Assembly: GCA_934086815.1 (NCBI GenBank)
Contig: CAKOIM010000001.1
Coordinates: 78,366-142,365 of the forward strand
Direction of reading: 5' to 3'
Length of the DNA: 64,000 nt
Source of the DNA: an uncultured Bacilli bacterium
GTDB taxonomy: Bacteria; Bacillota_I; Bacilli_A; RF39; UBA660
Every line of letters starts with the position of its first letter. Positions within the stretch are counted from its first letter, which is position 1. Made by a program: the position numbers and the translations under genes. The notes below the pieces were generated by a model. That model was not told the origin of the DNA. It worked only from the letters and a program-made list of their open reading frames with translations, and searched no databases. Below, piece by piece: positions 30,452-41,100 of the stretch.

Positions 30452-31552
30452 ATGGAAATATTTGATTTATATCAAAAAAATGATGAAGTTGAGTTTGAAC
30501 ATTTTAATAAAAAATTAGACTCGCGTTTGCATGTATATAAAGACTATGAAAAGGTTGAATACGACTTTGAATGGTTAGATATTATGGAAGAAACAATAAG
30601 GTATTTAGATAATATCTTAAGAAATCCAAATAAGTTTATTATTAATGAGGAAGATGTAATTAAAATTGAACTTGCAAAGCGAGTTACAGTTGAAAGTATT
30701 AAACATTTATCAAGAAATACTAATTTAATTCAAGATTATAATAAAAAAACTGGTGATGTTAGACCTTCAAAAATACTTAATATTTCAAAGGAAGAAAGTT
30801 TTGAAACATATGAAAATAAGTTTATTTATTCTTTAATACAAAATATGAAGTTTTATATTGAAAGAAAGAAAAATAATATGCAAGCCGGAGGGTCTTATAA
30901 AAACGATAAAAAGTTAGAATATAGTGCATCTACTTCGATGGGTAAAGAAAAAGTTGATATGAATTTTACTATTAATTCGAAAATACAAGATAATAAAAAT
31001 AAAGATATGGAAATAATTAATAAAAGAATTGAAGATTTAGAGTTACATATTAAAGACTTGTGTACTTCGGATGTCTATAAAGCAATAGATAAAAAACATA
31101 TCTCTTTAGTTACGTCTCCGATTAAAAAAACTAATGTTATAATTAAAAATGTTAACTTTCAATATGCTTTAAGATTATGGAATTATATGCAAGATCATAC
31201 GGATGATGATGTTAAGAATGAAAAAAATAAAAAGGATTATTATGATAATGATACTTTAAAGAAAATGGCTGATGAAACATTTTTAATTAATTATTTAATA
31301 TCGAAAACTCTAGATGAAGATGAATCACAAGATGTAATAGAAAAAGAAGAATTAAGTAAAAAGGTAGTTAATAATATGCTTGAGAATCTACTTAGTTTTA
31401 ACAATATTCCTTTAGAAGAATTACAAAATTTAATCAAAGATCAATATGAAGTTGTTAAGTATAAGGAAGTTGTTTCAGATAAATATATTGAGAATTTATT
31501 TAAAAGTAATATTTCTAAATACTTAGAAAGCATTGATAAAATAAAAATATAA
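30452..31552 (+). CDS. Partner protein of the McrB-like NTPase (McrC N-terminal/DUF2357-like?), no nuclease motif seen
   Basis: AGGAGG RBS 10 nt after the NTPase gene. The ETYENKFIYSLIQNMKFYI motif resembles the N-terminal region of McrC-type partners from memory. The C-terminal half is coiled-coil-like, with no PD-(D/E)xK visible by eye. Confidence 0.4.
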   Translation: MEIFDLYQKNDEVEFEHFNKKLDSRLHVYKDYEKVEYDFEWLDIMEETIRYLDNILRNPNKFIINEEDVIKIELAKRVTVESIKHLSRNTNLIQDYNKKTGDVRPSKILNISKEESFETYENKFIYSLIQNMKFYIERKKNNMQAGGSYKNDKKLEYSASTSMGKEKVDMNFTINSKIQDNKNKDMEIINKRIEDLELHIKDLCTSDVYKAIDKKHISLVTSPIKKTNVIIKNVNFQYALRLWNYMQDHTDDDVKNEKNKKDYYDNDTLKKMADETFLINYLISKTLDEDESQDVIEKEELSKKVVNNMLENLLSFNNIPLEELQNLIKDQYEVVKYKEVVSDKYIENLFKSNISKYLESIDKIKI

Positions 31553-31565
31553 GGACAGTGAAAAG

Positions 31566-32141
31566 ATGAAAAATAAAAATATAGTAAAAATAATATTAGG
31601 GATAATAAAAAGTATTGCAACATTTTTTATTGTATGTGTTTTTAGTATAATATTTTTACAAAGAGTTAGTAATAATTCAATTAATTTAGCTGGTTTTAGT
31701 ATTTATACTGTTGTAACTGAAAGTATGTATCCTAAATATAAAGTTTATGATATGATTTTAGTAAAAAGTGTTGATACTAAAAGTATAAATGTTCATGATG
31801 ATGTTGTATATAAAGGAGAAAAGTCTGATTTTCAAGGTAAAATAGTTACACATAGAGTGGAAAAAATTGATAATAATAATGGTGTTTTAACCTTTACTAC
31901 GAAGGGGATTAATAATGATATTGAAGACCCTTTAGTAAATGAAAATCAAATTATGGGAAAAGTTGTTCATAAGCTTGTATTATTAAGTTTAATTAGTAAA
32001 GTTATAAATAATACATATGGATTTTATTTTTTAATATTTGTACCTTTAGTAATTGTAGTATTTTTAGAAGTTATGGAAACAATTGAAGAAAAAAAGAAAT
32101 TAAAAAAGGTTTTAGAAAATGAAAAAGAAGAAGGAGAATAA
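31566..32141 (+). CDS. sipW: SipW-type (archaeal/ER-type) signal peptidase I, catalytic residues present
   Basis: VVTESMYPKYKVYDMILVK (Ser box), IVTHRVEKI (His box), TKGINNDIED, and both N- and C-terminal TM helices as in B. subtilis SipW. Confidence 0.75.
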   Translation: MKNKNIVKIILGIIKSIATFFIVCVFSIIFLQRVSNNSINLAGFSIYTVVTESMYPKYKVYDMILVKSVDTKSINVHDDVVYKGEKSDFQGKIVTHRVEKIDNNNGVLTFTTKGINNDIEDPLVNENQIMGKVVHKLVLLSLISKVINNTYGFYFLIFVPLVIVVFLEVMETIEEKKKLKKVLENEKEEGE

Positions 32142-32742
32142 CTTATTAATATTTATTAAAATAATAAGAAAAAGAGTTAAGCTTAGTACTTTAATAATGC
32201 TTATCATTACATTTTCTTCTTCTACTTTTGCATGGTTTATATATGCTACTAAAGTTGATAGTGGTATAACTGCTCACGTTAAAGCTTGGAATGTCTTATT
32301 TGAAGTAGGCGAAGATGAAATTGTTGAAAATATGCATTTTGATGTTTCTGATATTTATCCCGGTATGATGACTTATACTGATAATGTATCTGTTAAAAAT
32401 AAAGGTGAAACTAAAGCAGAATTATCTTATGAAATAGTTTCTTATACTATTTTTGGAGTTAAGTACGAAGTAGGGAATAACGGAGTTTTATCTAGTGAAG
32501 ATTTAAAACAAAGTTTGTTAAATGACTACCCATTTAAAACAGCTATTTCTCTATCTAATAATATTATTAGTCCAAATTCAAGTGAATCATTTTCTTTAGT
32601 TGTATCGTGGGCTTATGAATCTGGGGATGATGATAAAGATACTTTATGGGGAATAAAAGCTTATGATTTTCATGAGCTTTACCCTGATTTACCAAGTATT
32701 TCTATAGAATTAAAAGTTACTGCGACTCAAAAAAATAACTAA
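32119..32742 (+). CDS. TasA/camelysin-like exported protein
   Basis: SipW-cognate-like N-terminus FSSSTFAWFIYAT. DIYPGMMTYTDNVSVKNKGETKAELSYEI resembles the TasA LKPGD...F.F.N.GSL block. Confidence 0.65.
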   Translation: MKKKKENNLLIFIKIIRKRVKLSTLIMLIITFSSSTFAWFIYATKVDSGITAHVKAWNVLFEVGEDEIVENMHFDVSDIYPGMMTYTDNVSVKNKGETKAELSYEIVSYTIFGVKYEVGNNGVLSSEDLKQSLLNDYPFKTAISLSNNIISPNSSESFSLVVSWAYESGDDDKDTLWGIKAYDFHELYPDLPSISIELKVTATQKNN

Positions 32743-32764
32743 AAAAATGCCAAAAGGCATTTTT
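32743..32764. terminator. Bidirectional terminator between convergent TasA-like genes
   Basis: AAAAATGCC-aaaa-GGCATTTTT. Confidence 0.7.
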
Positions 32765-32766
32765 AA

Positions 32767-33354
32767 TTAATTTGGTATTTGTATAAATTGAATATTTAAC
32801 TTTAATTTAGCTTGTTCATTGCTAAAGGAAGCATTTGTGTCTTCTTCGTTTGTCATTTTACTATTATTTGAATCATCCCATTTTACATAAAGACGAATAT
32901 TCGTTAAATTAATGTTATCTTTTTTATAAATGTTATCAGTAATATTTTCGCCATTGTTAATTGCAATGTTTTCACTACCATTAACTGAGTAACTCGTTAC
33001 AATTAAATCAGAAACTGAACTAGTTGCATCTACATTTGGTGTTATAGTATATGAAAATGATACATCAACTTGCGAAGAATCAATAATTAAATCAATGTAA
33101 CCCTCACTTGTCGGAGCAATTACTCCGGCTTTTATATGTTCTGTTCCAAGAAAAGTGGGAGTAAGTAAAGCACTTGTGCTTGAGTTGTTTCTTACATCTT
33201 GATTATTTACTAATATATGCCATCTAGCAACAGAAATATTGGTTTTCCCATCTAAATTAGTATTGTACTTTGCATAAGTTTCATTAATTGTAGAAAAACA
33301 AAAAAACAAAGATATAATTGCTATTAACAAGGTCATTTTTCGAACTATATTCAT
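32767..33354 (-). CDS. TasA/camelysin-like exported protein (inverted orientation), paralog of 44805-45392
   Basis: Signal peptide plus INETYAKYNTNL. ARWHILVNN...GVIAPTSEGYIDLIID..VDVSFSYTI aligns with AKFNLLVNN...GKIAPGVSGYFELVLD..SDVSIYYEV. Confidence 0.65.
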   Translation of the reverse strand: MNIVRKMTLLIAIISLFFCFSTINETYAKYNTNLDGKTNISVARWHILVNNQDVRNNSSTSALLTPTFLGTEHIKAGVIAPTSEGYIDLIIDSSQVDVSFSYTITPNVDATSSVSDLIVTSYSVNGSENIAINNGENITDNIYKKDNINLTNIRLYVKWDDSNNSKMTNEEDTNASFSNEQAKLKLNIQFIQIPN

Positions 33355-33476
33355 TTATCATCACCTTATCTTCAAAAAATTATATCATAAAAAAGTGTCT
33401 AGTACAATGTATAATGTTTAAAATTCGTTGAACACCTAAATTCATTTATGTTATCCTTAGATTAAGGAGTAGTATT

Positions 33477-34178
33477 ATGGCTAGGGAAGTAATTGTAACA
33501 GCAGATGCAATCAAAAGAAGAAAAAAAATGTTTTTGAAAACGAAAATTATAATTGGTTTATTACTAATTATATTTTTACTTATATTTGCAATTTTAGGAA
33601 TAGTTTTTAATGTAAATAAGTTTACAATTACTTTATCTGATAAACTACAAAATGAAAAAGGTATAATATTATATTCTGATATAAATAATAAAAGTCATCA
33701 AAGAAAATTATTTGCAAATGCACTTAATGATATGGATAACATTACATATGATTGGATTCCTAAAAATGTTCATACTTCATCTACCGGAGGAAGCCACAAT
33801 GGTGATAATTACATTGCTTATACTTTTTATGTTGAAAATGAAGGAGAATCTAGTGTTAATTATTGGTATTCTATAATTATTGATGATGTTATAAAAAGAG
33901 TTGATGAGGCTGTTCGGGTAATTGTATTTTTAAACGATGAAGAAAAAGTATATGCAAAAATTAATAAAGATACAGCTAAGGCTGAAAAAGATACGGAAGC
34001 CTTTTATAAAGATGATGTCGTAGTTTTAAAATCTCGAAATGATTTTAAAGTCGGAGATATTGATAAATTTACCATTGTTATTTATCTTGAGGGAGAAGAT
34101 CCGGATTGTTTAAATGATATAATTGGTGGCGAAATAAAAATGCACATGGAGATAAGAGAGGAGCATTTAAATGAATAA
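33477..34178 (+). CDS. Signal-anchored protein sharing the C-terminal LEG[EQ]DxDC motif
   Basis: K-rich N-terminus and TM helix IIIGLLLIIFLLIFAILGIVF. C-terminus FTIVIYLEGEDPDCLNDIIGGEI is related to the C-termini of 34171-35160 and 46536-47594. Confidence 0.6.
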   Translation: MAREVIVTADAIKRRKKMFLKTKIIIGLLLIIFLLIFAILGIVFNVNKFTITLSDKLQNEKGIILYSDINNKSHQRKLFANALNDMDNITYDWIPKNVHTSSTGGSHNGDNYIAYTFYVENEGESSVNYWYSIIIDDVIKRVDEAVRVIVFLNDEEKVYAKINKDTAKAEKDTEAFYKDDVVVLKSRNDFKVGDIDKFTIVIYLEGEDPDCLNDIIGGEIKMHMEIREEHLNE

Positions 34179-35160
34179 AAAACATAAAAAACAACAAAAA
34201 GAATTGAAAAAAATATCTTTGTTATTACTTATTTTATTTACGGGTGTCTTTTTAGCTAGTTCAACTTATGCTTGGTTTACTGTAAATCGAATTGCATATG
34301 TTGATTCTCTTCAAGTTCGCGTTGAAGCAGAAGGGGGAATGGAAATTTCTAGTGATGCCAAAACTTTTAAATCATATATAACAAGTGAAGATTTAATCGA
34401 AGCTGCAAATACTTATAAATCTAGTATAAATCAACTCCCCTTAAAATTAGAACCGGTTTCTACGGCCGGAGGGCTTGAAAATGGTAAATTAATGTTGTAT
34501 TATGGTAGTGTTACAAATAATATTAAGGGTGATTACGTATTAAATGCAACTCGTGAAATTGAAAAACGTAATAATAATGATGGAATGTTCATAGCTTTTG
34601 ATATTTTCTTAAAAAGTAACAGAGATACTAAATTATATTTAACACCAGAATCTGGGGCTAGATATATTGGCGATAAAATACCGGGGATACAAAACGCAAC
34701 GAGAATTGCCTTTATAGTTTTAGGAAATACGGTATCTAATGCAAGTCCTGAATTTATTCAAAATTTAAATAATGCAACACCAAATGATGTATATATATGG
34801 GAACCTAATTATGATGTTCATAATGATTATGGTATTAAACATGCCCAAGACGTGTATGGAATTACCGTTGGTAAAGAAAATAATCAACCAGTTTTATATG
34901 ATGGAATTTCTGGTGAACTAAAAAACATTTTTGTTGATAAAGCAAATCAAGCTTACTATCCAAATTATTTTAAAAGAGTTAATGTTAATTATTTAACACC
35001 TGCTAATTTCATTAATAATAAAGAAATATTTTCTATTAATAGTGGTATTACCAAAATAAGAATATATGCTTGGCTTGAAGGACAAGATGTTGATTGCGAA
35101 AATAATTCTGCGGTTGGCAATCTAGATTTTAAATTTCAATTTAGTGTAAATCCATCATAA
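34171..35160 (+). CDS. Exported TasA-signal-type protein (329 aa), paralog of 46536-47594
   Basis: LASSTYAWFTVNR, NATRIAFIVLGN, IWEPNYDVH and IRIYAWLEGQDVDCENN are all shared with the 352-aa paralog. Confidence 0.65.
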   Translation: MNKKHKKQQKELKKISLLLLILFTGVFLASSTYAWFTVNRIAYVDSLQVRVEAEGGMEISSDAKTFKSYITSEDLIEAANTYKSSINQLPLKLEPVSTAGGLENGKLMLYYGSVTNNIKGDYVLNATREIEKRNNNDGMFIAFDIFLKSNRDTKLYLTPESGARYIGDKIPGIQNATRIAFIVLGNTVSNASPEFIQNLNNATPNDVYIWEPNYDVHNDYGIKHAQDVYGITVGKENNQPVLYDGISGELKNIFVDKANQAYYPNYFKRVNVNYLTPANFINNKEIFSINSGITKIRIYAWLEGQDVDCENNSAVGNLDFKFQFSVNPS

Positions 35161-35174
35161 TGAAGGAGTTTTAT

Positions 35175-38100
35175 ATGAAAGTAAAAATATTTCAAAACAA
35201 AAATATCAAATTACATTTAGTTTTAATAAGTATATGTATTGTATATTTATGTTTTAACATTTTTACTTTCTTTTTTACTTTTGGAGAAGATATAACTAGA
35301 ATAAGTTCTAATACTATTTCTTCTGGAAGAAGTGGAGTAACTGATAATGTTGTTACCGTAGATAATGAAGAATCTGACTATTATTATTACATGGGACAAA
35401 ACTATACAGATTCAGATGGAACTATGCCTACGAAAACAAATAAAAATATATATAATGATTCAAACTTAATAAAAGCAAAAATTACATATTTAAGTGATGA
35501 TATAAATTCTAATTTTAAGGGGTATGTTTCAAATACGGAATTACAAGATACCTATGTTTATTATAATGTTTATCCTATAAAAGATGGGTATGTAACTATT
35601 GAACTTATTGATAATCCTTTTGTTAATCGACCAAATGATAAAGGATTTAATGGATGGACAACCAATTATCAAGGGGCAAAAATTGTATATGACGATACAT
35701 ATTATACAAGATATGTAAAAGTACCCGTATACACGGATGTTACAGAAATAGATATTACACTTCATGCTAGTTGGCTTGATGCTAATGTTGAGAATATAAC
35801 TAATTCTTGGAGCAATATAAATAAGTTCGATTCAAAAGTTATGAAAAAAGTAAGTGCAACATATACGGAAGTTGTTTATGGTGACTTTAATATGGTGGGG
35901 TATTATAAACCTGTAAAAATTCAAAACTGGGGTAGTTGCCGAGGATATTATAATCAAAATGGAAGATATCAAAATGGCTGGTGTACATGTCGTAATTATG
36001 ATGGATGTACTTATTATGATTACATAGAAAATGAAAACTATCAAGAAGGTGAGGTATATTATAAATTAGTAAATAATAATATGACTTTGGTAGATCCTTC
36101 TACATTAAATAGACCAATAATATCTTCGGAAGAAAAAGTTAATTCTAATATTAATAGTGATGCTAATATGGCAGCATATTATAAAAAGGTAACTATTTCA
36201 CGTTATGCTAGTATTGAGGGTTTATATAATGAAAATGGCGTTTTACAAACAGGGACGTGTAATTCATCTAGTGGGTGCGTTTTATATGAACTTATACAAT
36301 ATTATGATAACCAAGGTAATGAAAATAAGTATCAGGAAGCAAATGAATATTATTATTTGCCTACAAGAGATACAAATATTGCTGTATTAAAAAACTCTAT
36401 TTCTAGTCGATGGTCAAGTGTTAATAAACCTTTTACTGTAACAAGTTTGCATAATGGAGTTGATTATAGAACTAATGCTACATGGAGCTTAAGAACAGGA
36501 GCATGGAGTGGCATAAGTGTGCAGGCTTATAATGATTTAACAATAGAAAATGTTAAAATTAATTATGGGAGTTCTCTAACTAATTCTAAATCTGATACGC
36601 CAGGAGATAGTGATTCTATAGGTAGTTTTTACGGTAATTGGCATAATGTAAAGCTAGGGCGAGGAATTGTTCAAAATGGATCTAGTGCATCGTTTGATTC
36701 AATATTGGGTGGTTCTAATTCTACAACTGGCTCAAGAATTAATGAAACAAAATATAAATTTATAGTAGAATCTGGATTTTATAATAGTATTTCTTTAACT
36801 AATGGGGGAATAAACCAAAATTCATCAAGTTATATTAAAGCTAAAGGAGTTTATGGAAATGATTATGATAAAGTTTTAAAAAATAATGATAACTTTGTAG
36901 TTTCATATGCTGCTAGTGGTTCATGGGGTGGTGTTTATTATACAATTGATCCGGTCGATATTGGTTTTGATTTAACTGTTAAAAGTGGTACATATGGAAA
37001 AAATAAATATGATGCATATGCAGGAATTTATATAGGTGGCCGTGGATGGGGAACCCATTACACATCAAGAAGAGTTAAATATGAAGGTGGATATACTTAT
37101 AATTTAATTGGTGGTCCTATTACAGGATCAAATAGAAGCAATTATAATGATTCTTACATGTATATAACAGGTGGCGAAATTGACATGGTTATTGGTGGCG
37201 CAGGTCAAACAGCTACATATGGAAATCGTATTATTCAAATGACTGGGGGAATGATAAACTATAGTATATTTGGTGGATCAAATGGTTATGAATCTGGTAA
37301 TGGTGATGGTACGGTTAATGGTGGTTCTTATATTTACGTTGGTGGAAAATCTATAGTTGGAAAAAGTGAATATGTTAATAATAAGCAGGAATTATATGGA
37401 GCTACCGCAGGTAATGTTTTTGGTATTGGAAATGGAAACAGTTCATATGATACGATTGGTTCAAGTGATTCATCCGTCATAGTAATAAATGATGAAGCTC
37501 AGATAAACAATGATGTTTATGGTGGTGGTAATTTTTCATCAGTTGGTGTTAGTAGTACTAAATCATCAACTACAACAGATATAGAAGTTTTAGGTGGTAC
37601 AATCTATGGTTCTTTATATGGGGGTGGGAATAAAAACGGAAGTGGTTCATCAAATAAAAATGCAACTATTACAATTAATATGTATGCTGGTGATATTTAT
37701 GGTGGTTTATATGGTGGGGCCAATAAAAAAGGAACAATTTATGGAACTTCAAACATAAATGTATATGGAGGAACAATTCATACATCTATTTATGGCGGAG
37801 GTCTTGGTGGATACTTAGATTCATCTTCTCCAGGTACGTATGTAGGTAAAGATGTCAATATAGTTGTGGGAAGTGATGACTTCGATACTATTCCCGTTAT
37901 TAATTCTATTTATGGAGGAAGTTCTTTTGGTTCTGTAAATGGAACATCAAGTAATGTAACAGGAACAAACTATAATACGAAAGTTACAATTAATAAAGGC
38001 AAAATTAATAATGTGTTTGGTGGGGGTGAAGGTAGTGATACATACACTCCGAATGTTTATGGAAATACATTAGTTACTATAAATAATGGGGAAATAACAA

Positions 38101-41100
38101 ATGTATTCGGAGCTAATGATGCATCTGGTATGCCAAGTAAGTCGGTAAAAGTTATTGTAAATAATGGTAAAATCGAAAATGTATATGGGGGAGGAAATAA
38201 AACAAGTCTTACTACTAGTGATGTCTCTATAAATGGTGGTAATATTAAAAATATATATGGAGGTTCAAATATAATTGGTGATGTTACAACATCTAATATT
38301 TCTGTTAATGGTGGTGATCTTACTAATGTATATGGTGGTAATAATATAGGTGGAAAGACTGCTACTAGTAATGTTACCTTAAATAATGGAACAATTTCAA
38401 ATGCCTATGGCGGAGGGAATTTAGCACCTACTACTAATACTTTTATAACTGTAACAAGTAATGCGGTTGTAACAAATGTTTATGGTGGTGGTGAAAGTGC
38501 TGATGTAAGTGATGAAACTCACGTATCTTTATTAAATGGATATGTAACAAACGCCTATGGAGGTTCAAATATTACTGGCTCTGTTTTAAAATCTTCTATC
38601 GTTGCTACTGGGGGAAAAACTTCATATATATATGGAGGTAATAATGCCGGAGGAAGTACCATATCGACAAACGTTTTAATTAATGGAATAAATGTAAAAG
38701 AAGTATATGGTGGAGGTAATCAAGCTAATTCAACAACTAGTAATGTTACTGTTAAAAATGCATCTAAAGCAATAGATTATTGTTTTGGTGGAGGAAGAGA
38801 AGCCAATGTGGATACAACTAACATTTTAGTAAGTGGTGGAAGTATTAAAGAGGTATACGGTGGTTCAAATAAATCTGGTACTGTAATAAATTCAAATGTA
38901 AATATAGCATCAGCTTTAGAAGATTCTCCAGAGGTTTTAGCAAATGTAACTTATACTTTAGAAAATGTTACTTGGCAAAGTGATGAGTATGAAACATTAG
39001 CTAAAATTAAAGTTGAGTTAGTTAATAATACGAGTGATGAAATTACCCAATATAATGGTTCACTATACATTCCCGATTCTAAGTTGTTTACGAATTATTC
39101 ACAAACGGCAATTACTTTAGAAGACTATACATATTCATTTAATGAAAATAATACTTATTATGGAACAAATCCTATTCCTGCCAATTCATCTATTTCTTTT
39201 GAAATTGAAGTTTTATCTTCATCGTCTATTAATGATTTTGGCTTAACTCATAAGTTCGAAGGTCGAAGTGGAACAAATACATATATAGATAAAACTGGTG
39301 AAAAAATAATGTATGTTTATGGTGGTAATAATGTAGGTGGAAAGACTATAAATTCCAATGTATTAGTAAATGATGGGAATATAACCAATGTATATGGTGG
39401 AGGAAATGAAGCTATAACTGATAATCCAAAAGTAAAAATAATTGGTGGAAATATTTCTAAGAATATATATGGCGGAGGAAACCAAGCGATTGTAAGCAAT
39501 GATACAAATGTGTCTGTAACTGGTGGTGTGATAGGTGGCTCTGTTTATGGTGGAGGTAATGGTCAGACTGCAGTAGTTACTAAAAATACATTAGTAAATA
39601 TCTCTGATAAAGCAAACATTACAAAACATGTATTTGGCGGAGGAAATGCCGCAGCAACTGGATTAAGTCAAAATGATAATTCAAAATCTATAGTTAATAT
39701 TGCTGGTGGAATTATTAAAGGCTCTGTATATGGAGGGGCTAATACATCTGTTGTTTATGGTGAAACTTTTGTAAATATTGGTGAAAATGTTATAAGTGAT
39801 AAAACATTAAAAAAATCAGATATTGATATATCTGGTACAATCTTTGGTGGTGGAGAAGCAAATGAATCTGGTAGTGAAATATACGATTATTCATTTATAA
39901 GTGTTACTGGTGGAATTAACATAAAAATAGATGGCAAAGGTTATGATAATTTTGCCATGCATGGTTCAATATTTGGCTCTGGTAATGCATCAAGTACTAG
40001 AGGATATAGTTATATAAATATTGATAATTATGGTACGTTTGATAAATATCAAAAAAATATTTCTATTCAAAGAGCAGATACGGTTTCAATTAGTAATAGT
40101 GCTATTGAACTTTATGGTGCCACGGATAGAACAAATGAATATTCAGATGTTTTATTTTCCATAAGTCGTGTTAAAACTTTAAAACTTAAAAATAATTCAA
40201 CATTATTTTTACAAACAGGTTCAAATTTACTTGAAAACTTTAATAGTTTAGTTGATATTAATGGAGAAGAAGTATTAGCTAGTGTCGATATAAGTGATGA
40301 TGGTACAGTAAATAAAAATGTTAATAATAGATTATATATGCTCGAAGGAAAGAATTTAAATATAGCTACTAATGAGCAAGTAACTCAATATGGTAAAGTA
40401 TCTGGGATGACATTTTTCGGTATGTATAAATTAGATCATAGTAAAAATGCTATTACGGCTTTATATAATCCCAAATATGATCAAGGAAGTACTGTTTTAA
40501 ATAATGATGCTTATGCATTTATGAGTGGTTCTTATGTACTTGGACTTCATCAAAAAAATCATGATATAAAAGTTAATGGTTTTTATTCTAATTATTTAAC
40601 TGAAGATAATTCAAATAATATAAGTGTTCAATATATAAAGCCAATACCAGAAGATTCTAACTATTATATGTGGGTTATTGGAGAACAAGTAGCATCATAT
40701 GAAATAACTTTAACTGCATCAAAGTATTTAACCCTTGGTACTGTTGAACTTCCTCTTAGAAATAACTATAATGCCAATAGTACATTTTCTATAGTAGGTT
40801 TTAATTATGATAGCCTAGATTCTTCCGTATCTTTTATCGATGAAGCTGATGTTCCAAGAGTTGCTAGCAATCCTGAAGATGCAGATAAAGTAATGGGACT
40901 AGGTGTTAAAAATGGGTCAGGTTTTATTACTAAAGGATCATTATCTTTCCTAACGGGAACAAATGATAATTTAAAAGGTACTAAAGATTTTGAAAGAGAA
41001 AACACAACAAGTGTACCAAGTTTAGTATTCTATTTATATCATTCAAAGAATTTACAAACATCTGGAAATATGGGTTCTGTAATTGTATCAATGTTAGTTA

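Noticed and set aside
35541-41005. Five short ORFs within the giant gene, four antisense and one same-strand out of frame (35541-35765, 35832-36044, 36205-36390, 39317-39499, 40805-41005)
   Set aside because: They lie inside a continuous 7.4-kb coding frame. Their translations are I/F/P-rich artefacts of the repeat and AT composition.
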